A DNA stretch of 64,000 nt from the human T2T-CHM13v2.0 reference genome, Homo sapiens: NCBI RefSeq assembly GCF_009914755.1, contig NC_060940.1, one strand, 5' to 3'. Every line of letters starts with the position of its first letter. Position 1 is the first letter of the stretch. Below are positions 11,896 to 25,146 of the stretch, in pieces. The position numbers were made by a program, and so were the translations under genes. The notes beneath the pieces are model-generated. The model had not been told where the DNA came from. It searched no databases and saw nothing but the letters and a program-made list of their open reading frames with translations.

Positions 11896-13594
11896 GTGTT
11901 GTGTGTATTCAACTGACAGAGTTGAACCTTCCTTTAGACAGAGCAGATTTGAAAGTCTCTTTTTGTGGAATTTGCAAGTGGAGATTTCAAGCGCTTTGAG
12001 GCCAAAAGCAGAAAAGGAAATATTTTCCTATAAAAACTAGACAGAATCTTTCTCAGAAACTGCTCTGGGATGTGTGCGTTCAACTCACAGAGTTTAACTT
12101 TTCTTTTCATTCAGCAGTTTGGAAACACTCTGTTTGGAAAGTCTGCACGTGGATATTTTGACCTCTTTGAGGCCTTCGTTGGAAACGGGTTTTTTTCATG
12201 TAAGGGTAGACAGAAGAAATCTCAGTAACTTCCTTGTGTTGTGTGTATTCAACTGACAGAGTTGAACCTTCTTTTAGACAGAGCAGATTCGAAACACTCT
12301 TTTTCTGCAATTTGCAAGTGGAGACTTCAAGCGCATTGAGGCCAAAGGCAGAAAAGGAAATATCTTCGTATAAGAACCCGACAGAATCATTCTCAGAAAC
12401 TGCTCTGTGATGTGTGCGTTGAACTCACAGAGTTTAACTTTTCTTTTCATTCAGCAGTTTGGAAACACTCTGTTTGTAAAGTCTGCAAGTGGATATCTTG
12501 GCCTCTTAGAGGCCTTCGTTGGAAACGGGTTTTTTCATGTAAGGTTAGACAGAGGAATTCCCAGTAACTTCCTTGTGTTGTGTGCATTCAACTCACAGAG
12601 TTGAATGATTCTTTACACAGAGCAGATTTGAGACACTCTTTTGGTGGAATTTGTTAGTGGAGAATTCAGCCGCTTTGAGGTCAACGGTAGAAAAGGAAAT
12701 ATCTTCGTATAAAAACTAGACAGAATGATTCTCAGAAACTGTTTTGTGATGTGTGCGTTCAACTCACAGAGTTTAACCTTTCTTTTCAAAGAGCAGTTAG
12801 GAAACACTCTGTTTGTAAAGTCTGCAAGTGGATATTCAGACCTCTTTGAGGCCTTCGTTGGAAACGGGATTTCTTCATATTATGCTAGACAGATGAATTC
12901 TCAGTAACTTCCTTGTGTTGTGTGTATTCAACTCACAGAGTTGAACGATCCTTTACACAGAGCAGATTTGAAACACTGTTTTTCTGGAATTTGCAAGTGG
13001 AGATTTCAGCCGCTTTGAGGTCAATGGTAGAAAAAGAAATATCTTCGTATAAAAACTAGACAGAATGATTCTCAGAAACTCCTTTGTGATGTGTGCGTTC
13101 AACTCACAGAGTTTAACCTTTCTTTTCACAGAGCAGTTAGGAAACACTCTGTTTGTGAAGCCTGCCAGTGGATATTCGGACCTCTTGGAGGCCTTCGTTG
13201 GAAACGGGATTTCTTCATATTATGCTAGACAGAAGATTTCTCAGTAACTTCTTTGTGTTGTGTGTATGCAACTCACAGAGTTCAACCTTCCTTTAGACAG
13301 AGCAGATTTGAAACACTCTTTTTGTGGAATTTGCAAGTGGAGATTTCAAGCGCTTCGATGCCAATGGTAGAAAAGGAAATATCTTCGTAGAAAAACAAGA
13401 CAAACTCGTTCCCAGACACTGCGTAGTGATGTGTGTGTTTAACTCACAGAGTTTCACCTTTCTTTTCATACAGCATTCTGGAAACCCTCTGTTTGTAAAG
13501 TCTGCAAGTGGATATTTGGACCTCTTAGATGCCTTCGTTGGAAACGGGATTTCTTCATATAATGCTAGAGGGAAGAATTCTTAGTAACTTCTTT

Positions 13595-15293
13595 GTGTTG
13601 TGTGTATTCAACTGACAGAGTTGAACCTTCCTTTAGACAGAGCAGATTTGAAAGTCTCTTTTTGTGGAATTTGCAAGTGGAGATTTCAAGCGCTTTGAGG
13701 CCAAAAGCAGAAAAGGAAATATTTTCCTATAAAAACTCGACAGAATCTTTCTCAGAAACTGCTCTGGGATGTGTGCGTTCAACTCACAGAGTTTAACTTT
13801 TCTTTTCATTCAGCAGTTTGGAAACACTCTGTTTGGAAAGTCTGCACGTGGATATTTTGACCTCTTTGAGGCCTTCGTTGGAAACGGGTTTTTTTCATGT
13901 AAGGCTAGACAGAAGAAATCTCAGTAACTTCCTTGTGTTGTGTGTATTCAACTGACAGAGTTGAACCTTCCTTTAGACAGAGCAGATTCGAAACACTCTT
14001 TTTCTGCAATTTGCAAGTGGAGACTTCAAGCGCTTTGAGGCCAAAGGCAGAAAAGGAAATATCTTCGTATAAAAACCCGACAGAATCATTCTCAGAAACT
14101 GCTCTGTGATGTGTGCGTTCAACTCACAGAGTTTAACTTTTCTTTTCATTCAGCAGTTTGGAAACACTCTGTTTGTAAAGTCTGCAAGTGGATATCTTGG
14201 CCTCTTAGAGGCCTTCGTTGGAAACGGGTTTTTTCATGTAAGGTTAGACAGAGGAATTCCCAGTAACTTCCTTGTGTTGTGTGCATTCAACTCACAGAGT
14301 TGAATGATTCTTTACACAGAGCAGATTTGAGACACTCTTTTGGTGGAATTTGTAAGTGGAGAATTCAGCCTCTTTGAGGTCAACGGTAGAAAAGGAAATA
14401 TCTTCGTATAAAAACTAGACAGAATGATTCTCAGAAACTGTTTTGTGATGTGTGCGTTCAACTCACAGAGTTTAACCTTTCTTTTCAAAGAGCAGTTAGG
14501 AAACACTCTGTTTGTAAAGTCTGCAAGTGGATATTCAGACCTCTTTGAGGCCTTCGTTGGAAACGGGATTTCTTCATATTATGCTAGACAGATGAATTCT
14601 CAGTAACTTCCTTGTGTTGTGTGTATTCAACTCACAGAGTTGAACGATCCTTTACACAGAGCAGATTTGAAACACTGTTTTTCTGGAATTTGCAAGTGGA
14701 GATTTCAGCCGCTTTGAGGTCAATGGTAGAAAAGGAAATATCTTCGTATAAAAACTAGACAGAATGATTCTCAGAAACTCCTTTGTGATGTGTGCGTTCA
14801 ACTCAGAGAGTTTAACCTTTCTTTTCACAGAGCAGTTAGGAAACACTCTGTTTGTGAAGCCTGCCAGTGGATATTCGGACCTCTTTGAGGCCTTCGTTGG
14901 AAACGGGATTTCTTCATATTATGCTAGACAGAAGATTTCTCAGTAACTTCTTTGTGTTGTGTGTATGCAACTCACAGAGTTCAACCTTCCTTTAGACAGA
15001 GCAGATTTGAAACACTCTTTTTGTGGAATTTGCAAGTGGAGATTTCAAGCGCTTTGAGGCCAAAAGCAGAAAAGGAAATATTTTCCTATAAAAACTAGAC
15101 AGAATCTTTCTCAGAAACTGCTCTGGGATGTGTGCGTTCAACTCACAGAGTTTAACTTTTCTTTTCATTCAGCAGTTTGGAAACACTCTGTTTGGAAAGT
15201 CTGCACGTGGATATTTTGACCTCTTTGAGGCCTTCGTTGGAAACGGGTTTTTTTCATGTAAGGCTAGACAGAAGAAATCTCAGTAACTTCCTT
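13595..15293 (+). repeat. 8-mer variant spacing (1,359 bp) caused by an E/A hybrid dimer at 14954-15293 (340-bp deletion)
   Basis: Anchor ORF spacing 14106 to 15465 is 1,359 bp. E-type GAAACACTC (~15009-15017) joins A-type GCTTTGAGGCCAAAAGC (~15051-15067). Confidence 0.93.
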
Positions 15294-18200
15294 GTGTTGT
15301 GTGTATTCAACTGACAGAGTTGAACCTTCTTTTAGACAGAGCAGATTCGAAACACTCTTTTTCTGCAATTTGCAAGTGGAGACTTCAAGCGCTTTGAGGC
15401 CAAAGGCAGAAAAGGAAATATCTTCGTATAAAAACCCGACAGAATCATTCTCAGAAACTGCTCTGTGATGTGTGCGTTCAACTCACAGAGTTTAACTTTT
15501 CTTTTCATTCAGCAGTTTGGAAACACTCTGTTTGTAAAGTCTGCAAGTGGATATCTTGGCCTCTTAGAGGCCTTCGTTGGAAACGGGTTTTTTCATGTAA
15601 GGTTAGACAGAGGAATTCCCAGTAACTTCCTTGTGTTGTGTGCATTCAACTCACAGAGTTGAATGATTCTTTACACAGAGCAGATTTGAGACACTCTTTT
15701 GGTGGAATTTGTTAGTGGAGAATTCAGCCGCTTTGAGGTCAACGGTAGAAAAGGAAATATCTTCGTATAAAAACTAGACAGAATGATTCTCAGAAACTGT
15801 TTTGTGATGTGTGCGTTCAACTCACAGAGTTTAACCTTTCTTTTCAAAGAGCAGTTAGGAAACACTCTGTTTGTAAAGTCTGCAAGTGGATATTCAGACC
15901 TCTTTGAGGCCTTCGTTGGAAACGGGATTTCTTCATATTATGCTAGACAGATGAATTCTCAGTAACTTCCTTGTGTTGTGTGTATTCAACTCACAGAGTT
16001 GAACGATCCTTTACACAGAGCAGATTTGAAACACTGTTTTTCTGGAATTTGCAAGTGGAGATTTCAGCCGCTTTGAGGTCAATGGTAGAAAAAGAAATAT
16101 CTTCGTATAAAAACTAGACAGAATGATTCTCAGAAACTCCTTTGTGATGTGTGCGTTCAACTCACAGAGTTTAACCTTTCTTTTCACAGAGCAGTTAGGA
16201 AACACTCTGTTTGTGAAGCCTGCCAGTGGATATTCGGACCTCTTGGAGGCCTTCGTTGGAAACGGGATTTCTTCATATTATGCTAGACAGAAGATTTCTC
16301 AGTAACTTCTTTGTGTTGTGTGTATGCAACTCACAGAGTTCAACCTTCCTTTAGACAGAGCAGATTTGAAACACTCTTTTTGTGGAATTTGCAAGTGGAG
16401 ATTTCAAGCGCTTCGATGCCAATGGTAGAAAAGAAATATCTTCGTAGAAAAACAAGACAAACTCGTTCCCAGACACTGCGTAGTGATGTGTGTGTTTAAC
16501 TCACAGAGTTTAACCTTTCTTTTCATACAGCATTCTGGAAACCCTGTGTTTGTAAAGTCTGCAAGTGGATATTTGGACCTCTTAGATGCCTTCGTTGGAA
16601 ACGGGATTTCTTCATATAATGCTAGAGGGAAGAATTCTTAGTAACTTCTTTGTGTTGTGTGTATTCAACTGACAGAGTTGAACCTTCCTTTAGACAGAGC
16701 AGATTTGAAAGTCTCTTTTTGTGGAATTTGCAAGTGGAGATTTCAAGCGCTTTGAGGCCAAAAGCAGAAAAGGAAATATTTTCCTATAAAAACTAGACAG
16801 AATCTTTCTCAGAAACTGCTCTGGGATGTGTGCGTTCAACTCACAGAGTTTAACTTTTCTTTTCATTCAGCAGTTTGGAAACACTCTGTTTGGAAAGTCT
16901 GCACGTGGATATTTTGACCTCTTTGAGGCCTTCGTTGGAAACGGGTTTTTTTCATGTAAGGCTAGACAGAAGAAATCTCAGTAACTTCTTTGTGTTGTGT
17001 GTATTCAACTGACAGAGTTGAACCTTCCTTTAGACAGAGCAGATTCGAAACACTCTTTTTCTGCAATTTGCAAGTGGAGACTTCAAGCGCTTTGAGGCCA
17101 AAGGCAGAAAAGGAAATATCTTCGTATAAAAACCCGACAGAATCATTCTCAGAAACTGCTCTGTGATGTGTGCGTTCAACTCACAGAGTTTAACTTTTCT
17201 TTTCATTCAGCAGTTTGGAAACACTCTGTTTGTAAAGTCTGCAAGTGGATATCTTGGCCTCTTAGAGGCCTTCGTTGGAAACGGGTTTTTTCATGTAAGG
17301 TTAGACAGAGGAATTCCCAGTAACTTCCTTGTGTTGTGTGCATTCAACTCACAGAGTTGAATGATTCTTTACACAGAGCAGATTTGAGACACTCTTTTGG
17401 TGGAATTTGTAAGTGGAGAATTCAGCCGCTTTGAGGTCAACGGTAGAAAAGGAAATATCTTCGTATAAAAACTAGACAGAATGATTCTCAGAAACTGTTT
17501 TGTGATGTGTGCGTTCAACTCACAGAGTTTAACCTTTCTTTTCAAAGAGCAGTTAGGAAACACTCTGTTTGTAAAGTCTGCAAGTGGATATTCAGACCTC
17601 TTTGAGGCCTTCGTTGGAAACGGGATTTCTTCATATTATGCTAGACAGATGAATTCTCAGTAACTTCCTTGTGTTGTGTGTATTCAACTCACAGAGTTGA
17701 ACGATCCTTTACACAGAGCAGATTTGAAACACTGTTTTTCTGGAATTTGCAAGTGGAGATTTCAGCCGCTTTGAGGTCAATGGTAGAAAAGGAAATATCT
17801 TCGTATAAAAACTAGACAGAATGATTCTCAGAAACTCCTTTGTGATGTGTGCGTTCAACTCACAGAGTTTAACCTTTCTTTTCACAGAGCAGTTAGGAAA
17901 CACTCTGTTTGTGAAGCCTGCCAGTGGATATTCGGACCTCTTTGAGGCCTTCGTTGGAAACGGGATTTCTTCATATTATGCTAGACAGAAGATTTCTCAG
18001 TAACTTCTTTGTGTTGTGTGTATGCAACTCACAGAGTTCAACCTTCCTTTAGACAGAGCAGATTTGAAACACTCTTTTTGTGGAATTTGCAAGTGGAGAT
18101 TTCAAGCGCTTCGATGCCAATGGTAGAAAAGGAAATATCTTCGTATAAAAACAAGACAAACTCGTTTCCAGACACTGCGTAGTGATGTGTGTGTTTAACT

Positions 18201-21200
18201 CACAGAGTTTCACCTTTCTTTTCATACAGCATTCTGGAAACCCTCTGTTTGTAAAGTCTGCAAGTGGATATTTGGACCTCTTAGATGCCTTCGTTGGAAA
18301 CGGGATTTCTTCATATAATGCTAGAGGGAAGAATTCTTAGTAACTTCTTTGTGTTGTGTGTATTCAACTGACAGAGTTGAACCTTCCTTTAGACAGAGCA
18401 GATTTGAAAGTCTCTTTTTGTGGAATTTGCAAGTGGAGATTTCAAGCGCTTTGAGGCCAAAAGCAGAAAAGGAAATATTTTCCTATAAAAACTAGACAGA
18501 ATCTTTCTCAGAAACTGCTCTGGGATGTGTGCGTTCAACTCACAGAGTTTAACTTTTCTTTTCATTCAGCAGTTTGGAAACACTCTGTTTGGAAAGTCTG
18601 CACGTGGATATTTTGACCTCTTTGAGGCCTTCGTTGGAAACGGGTTTTTTTCATGTAACGCTAGACAGAAGAAATCTCAGTAACTTCCTTGTGTTGTGTG
18701 TATTCAACTGACAGAGTTGAACCTTCTTTTAGACAGAGCAGATTCGAAACACTCTTTTTCTGCAATTTGAAAGTGGAGACTTCAAGCGCTTTGAGGCCAA
18801 AGGCAGAAAAGGAAATATCTTCGTATAAAAACCCGACAGAATCATTCTCAGAAACTGCTCTGTGATGTGTGCGTTCAACTCACAGAGTTTAACTTTTCTT
18901 TTCATTCAGCAGTTTGGGAACACTCTGTTTGTAAAGTCTGCAAGTGGATATCTTGGCCTCTTAGAGGCCTTCGTTGGAAACGGGTTTTTTCATGTAAGGT
19001 TAGACAGAGGAATTCCCAGTAACTTCCTTGTGTTGTGTGCATTCAACTCACAGAGTTGAATGATTCTTTACACAGAGCAGATTTGAGACACTCTTTTGGT
19101 GGAATTTGTTAGTGGAGAATTCAGCCGCTTTGAGGTCAACGGTAGAAAAGGAAATATCTTCGTATAAAAACTAGACAGAATGATTCTCAGAAACTGTTTT
19201 GTGATGTGTGCGTTCAACTCACAGAGTTTAACCTTTCTTTTCAAAGAGCAGTTAGGAAACACTCTGTTTGTAAAGTCTGCAAGTGGATATTCAGACCTCT
19301 TTGAGGCCTTCGTTGGAAACGGGATTTCTTCATAATATGCTAGACAGATGAATTCTCAGTAACTTCCTTGTGTTGTGTGTATTCAACTCACAGAGTTGAA
19401 CGATCCTTTACACAGAGCAGATTTGAAACACTGTTTTTCTGGAATTTGCAAGTGGAGATTTCAGCCGCTTTGAGGTCAATGGTAGAAAAAGAAATATCTT
19501 CGTATAAAAACTAGACAGAATGATTCTCAGAAACTCCTTTGTGATGTGTGCGTTCAACTCACAGAGTTTAACCTTTCTTTTCACAGAGCAGTTAGGAAAC
19601 ACTCTGTTTGTGAAGCCTGCCAGTGGATATTCGGACCTCTTGGAGGCCTTCGTTGGAAACGGGATTTCTTCATATTATGCTAGACAGAAGATTTCTCAGT
19701 AACTTCTTTGTGTTGTGTGTATGCAACTCACAGAGTTCAACCTTCCTTTAGACAGAGCAGATTTGAAACACTCTTTTTGTGGAATTTGCAAGTGGAGATT
19801 TCAAGCGCTTCGATGCCAATGGTAGAAAAGGAAATATCTTCGTATAAAAACAAGACAAACTCGTTCCCAGACACTGCGTAGTGATGTGTGTGTTTAACTC
19901 ACAGAGTTTCACCTTTCTTTTCATACAGCATTCTGGAAACCCTCTGTTTGTAAAGTCTGCAAGTGGATATTTGGACCTCTTAGATGCCTTCGTTGGAAAC
20001 GGGATTTCTTCATATAATGCTAGAGGGAAGAATTCTTAGTAACTTCTTTGTGTTGTGTGTATTCAACTGACAGAGTTGAACCTTCCTTTAGACAGAGCAG
20101 ATTTGAAAGTCTCTTTTTGTGGAATTTGCAAGTGGAGATTTCAAGCGCTTTGAGGCCAAAAGCAGAAAAGGAAATATTTTCCTATAAAAACTCGACAGAA
20201 TCTTTCTCAGAAACTGCTCTGGGATGTGTGCGTTCAACTCACAGAGTTTAACTTTTCTTTTCATTCAGCAGTTTGGAAACACTCTGTTTGGAAAGTCTGC
20301 ACGTGGATATTTTGACCTCTTTGAGGCCTTCGTTGGAAACGGGTTTTTTTCATGTAACGCTAGACAGAAGAAATCTCAGTAACTTCCTTGTGTTGTGTGT
20401 ATTCAACTGACAGAGTTGAACCTTCCTTTAGACAGAGCAGATTCGAAACACTCTTTTTCTGCAATTTGCAAGTGGAGACTTCAAGCGCTTTGAGGCCAAA
20501 GGCAGAAAAGGAAATATCTTCGTATAAAAACCCGACAGAATCATTCTCAGAAACTGCTCTGTGATGTGTGCGTTCAACTCACAGAGTTTAACTTTTCTTT
20601 TCATTCAGCAGTTTGGAAACACTCTGTTTGTAAAGTCTGCAAGTGGATATCTTGGCCTCTTAGAGGCCTTCGTTGGAAACGGGTTTTTTCATGTAAGGTT
20701 AGACAGAGGAATTCCCAGTAACTTCCTTGTGTTGTGTGCATTCAACTCACAGAGTTGAATGATTCTTTACACAGAGCAGATTTGAGACACTCTTTTGGTG
20801 GAATTTGTAAGTGGAGAATTCAGCCGCTTTGAGGTCAACGGTAGAAAAGGAAATATCTTCGTATAAAAACTAGACAGAATGATTCTCAGAAACTGTTTTG
20901 TGATGTGTGCGTTCAACTCACAGAGTTTAACCTTTCTTTTCAAAGAGCAGTTAGGAAACACTCTGTTTGTAAAGTCTGCAAGTGGATATTCAGACCTCTT
21001 TGAGGCCTTCGTTGGAAACGGGATTTCTTCATATTATGCTAGACAGATGAATTCTCAGTAACTTCCTTGTGTTGTGTGTATTCAACTCACAGAGTTGAAC
21101 GATCCTTTACACAGAGCAGATTTGAAACACTGTTTTTCTGGAATTTGCAAGTGGAGATTTCAGCCGCTTTGAGGTCAATGGTAGAAAAGGAAATATCTTC

Positions 21201-24200
21201 GTATAAAAACTAGACAGAATGATTCTCAGAAACTCCTTTGTGATGTGTGCGTTCAACTCACAGAGTTTAACCTTTCTTTTCACAGAGCAGTTAGGAAACA
21301 CTCTGTTTGTGAAGCCTGCCAGTGGATATTCGGACCTCTTTGAGGCCTTCGTTGGAAACGGGATTTCTTCATATTATGCTAGACAGAAGATTTCTCAGTA
21401 ACTTCTTTGTGTTGTGTGTATGCAACTCACAGAGTTCAACCTTCCTTTAGACAGAGCAGATTTGAAACACTCTTTTTGTGGAATTTGCAAGTGGAGATTT
21501 CAAGCGCTTCGATGCCAATGGTAGAAAAGGAAATATCTTCGTATAAAAACAAGACAAACTCGTTCCCAGACACTGCGTAGTGATGTGTGTGTTTAACTCA
21601 CAGAGTTTAACCTTTCTTTTCATACAGCATTCTGGAAACCCTCTGTTTGTAAAGTCTGCAAGTGGATATTTGGACCTCTTAGATGCCTTCGTTGGAAACG
21701 GGATTTCTTCATATAATGCTAGAGGGAAGAATTCTTAGTAACTTCTTTGTGTTGTGTGTATTCAACTGACAGAGTTGAACCTTCCTTTAGACAGAGCAGA
21801 TTTGAAAGTCTCTTTTTGTGGAATTTGCAAGTGGAGATTTCAAGCGCTTTGAGGCCAAAAGCAGAAAAGGAAATATTTTCCTATAAAAACTCGACAGAAT
21901 CTTTCTCAGAAACTGCTCTGGGATGTGTGCGTTCAACTCACAGAGTTTAACTTTTCTTTTCATTCAGCAGTTTGGAAACACTCTGTTTGGAAAGTCTGCA
22001 CGTGGATATTTTGACCTCTTTGAGGCCTTCGTTGGAAACGGGTTTTTTTCATGTAAGGCTAGACAGAAGAAATCTCAGTAACTTCCTTGTGTTGTGTGTA
22101 TTCAACTGACAGAGTTGAACCTTCCTTTAGACAGAGCAGATTCGAAACACTCTTTTTCTGCAATTTGCAAGTGGAGACTTCAAGCGCTTTGAGGCCAAAG
22201 GCAGAAAAGGAAATATCTTCGTATAAAAACCCGACAGAATCATTCTCAGAAACTGCTCTGTGATGTGTGCGTTCAACTCACAGAGTTTAACTTTTCTTTT
22301 CATTCAGCAGTTTGGAAACACTCTGTTTGTAAAGTCTGCAAGTGGATATCTTGGCCTCTTAGAGGCCTTCGTTGGAAACGGGTTTTTTCATGTAAGGTTA
22401 GACAGAGGAATTCCCAGTAACTTCCTTGTGTTGTGTGCATTCAACTCACAGAGTTGAATGATTCTTTACACAGAGCAGATTTGAGACACTCTTTTGGTGG
22501 AATTTGTTAGTGGAGAATTCAGCCGCTTTGAGGTCAACGGTAGAAAAGGAAATATCTTCGTATAAAAACTAGACAGAATGATTCTCAGAAACTGTTTTGT
22601 GATGTGTGCGTTCAACTCACAGAGTTTAACCTTTCTTTTCAAAGAGCAGTTAGGAAACACTCTGTTTGTAAAGTCTGCAAGTGGATATTCAGACCTCTTT
22701 GAGGCCTTCGTTGGAAACGGGATTTCTTCATATTATGCTAGACAGATGAATTCTCAGTAACTTCCTTGTGTTGTGTGTATTCAACTCACAGAGTTGAACG
22801 ATCCTTTACACAGAGCAGATTTGAAACACTGTTTTTCTGGAATTTGCAAGTGGAGATTTCAGCCGCTTTGAGGTCAATGGTAGAAAAGGAAATATCTTCG
22901 TATAAAAACTAGACAGAGTGATTCTCAGAAACTCCTTTGTGATGTGTGCGTTCAACTCACAGAGTTTAACCTTTCTTTTCACAGAGCAGTTAGGAAACAC
23001 TCTGTTTGTGAAGCCTGCCAGTGGATATTCGGACCTCTTTGAGGCCTTCGTTGGAAACGGGATTTCTTCATATTATGCTAGACAGAAGATTTCTCAGTAA
23101 CTTCTTTGTGTTGTGTGTATGCAACCCACAGAGTTCAACCTTCCTTTAGACAGAGCAGATTTGAAACACTCTTTTTGTGGAATTTGCAAGTGGAGATTTC
23201 AAGCGCTTCGATGCCAATGGTAGAAAAGGAAATATCTTCGTATAAAAACAAGACAAACTCGTTCCCAGACACTGCGTAGTGATGTGTGTGTTTAACTCAC
23301 AGAGTTTAACCTTTCTTTTCATACAGCATTCTGGAAACCCTCTGTTTGTAAAGTCTGCAAGTGGATATTTGGACCTCTTAGATGCCTTCGTTGGAAACGG
23401 GATTTCTTCATATAATGCTAGAGGGAAGAATTCTTAGTAACTTCTTTGTGTTGTGTGTATTCAACTGACAGAGTTGAACCTTCCTTTAGACAGAGCAGAT
23501 TTGAAAGTCTCTTTTTGTGGAATTTGCAAGTGGAGATTTCAAGCGCTTTGAGGCCAAAAGCAGAAAAGGAAATATTTTCCTATAAAAACTCGACAGAATC
23601 TTTCTCAGAAACTGCTCTGGGATGTGTGCGTTCAACTCACAGAGTTTAACTTTTCTTTTCATTTAGCAGTTTGGAAACACTCTGTTTGGAAAGTCTGCAC
23701 GTGGATATTTTGACCTCTTTGAGGCCTTCGTTGGAAACGGGTTTTTTTCATGTAAGGCTAGACAGAAGAAATCTCAGTAACTTCCTTGTGTTGTGTGTAT
23801 TCAACTGACAGAGTTGAACCTTCTTTTAGACAGAGCAGATTCGAAACACTCTTTTTCTGCAATTTGCAAGTGGAGACTTCAAGCGCTTTGAGGCCAAAGG
23901 CAGAAAAGGAAATATCTTCGTATAAAAACCCGACAGAATCATTCTCAGAAACTGCTCTGTGATGTGTGCGTTCAACTCACAGAGTTTAACTTTTCTTTTC
24001 ATTCAGCAGTTTGGAAACACTCTGTTTGTAAAGTCTGCAAGTGGATATCTTGGCCTCTTAGAGGCCTTCGTTGGAAACGGGTTTTTTCATGTAAGGTTAG
24101 ACAGAGGAATTCCCAGTAACTTCCTTGTGTTGTGTGCATTCAACTCACAGAGTTGAATGATTCTTTACACAGAGCAGATTTGAGACACTCTTTTGGTGGA

Positions 24201-25146
24201 ATTTGTTAGTGGAGAATTCAGCCGCTTTGAGGTCAACGGTAGAAAAGGAAATATCTTCGTATAAAAACTAGACAGAATGATTCTCAGAAACTGTTTTGTG
24301 ATGTGTGCGTTCAACTCACAGAGTTTAACCTTTCTTTTCAAAGAGCAGTTAGGAAACACTCTGTTTGTAAAGTCTGCAAGTGGATATTCAGACCTCTTTG
24401 AGGCCTTCGTTGGAAACGGGATTTCTTCATATTATGCTAGACAGATGAATTCTCAGTAACTTCCTTGTGTTGTGTGTATTGAACTCACAGAGTTGAACGA
24501 TCCTTTACACAGAGCAGATTTGAAACACTGTTTTTCTGGAATTTGCAAGTGGAGATTTCAGCCGCTTTGAGGTCAATGGTAGAAAAAGAAATATCTTCGT
24601 ATAAAAACTAGACAGAATGATTCTCAGAAACTCCTTTGTGATGTGTGCGTTCAACTCACAGAGTTTAACCTTTCTTTTCACAGAGCAGTTAGGAAACACT
24701 CTGTTTGTGAAGCCTGCCAGTGGATATTCGGACCTCTTGGAGGCCTTCGTTGGAAACGGGATTTCTTCATATTATGCTAGACAGAAGATTTCTCAGTAAC
24801 TTCTTTGTGTTGTGTGTATGCAACTCACAGAGTTCAACCTTCCTTTAGACAGAGCAGATTTGAAACACTCTTTTTGTGGAATTTGCAAGTGGAGATTTCA
24901 AGCGCTTCGATGCCAATGGTAGAAAAGGAAATATCTTCGTAGAAAAACAAGACAAACTCGTTCCCAGACACTGCGTAGTGATGTGTGTGTTTAACTCACA
25001 GAGTTTCACCTTTCTTTTCATACAGCATTCTGGAAACCCTCTGTTTGTAAAGTCTGCAAGTGGATATTTGGACCTCTTAGATGCCTTCGTTGGAAACGGG
25101 ATTTCTTCATATAATGCTAGAGGGAAGAATTCTTAGTAACTTCTTT

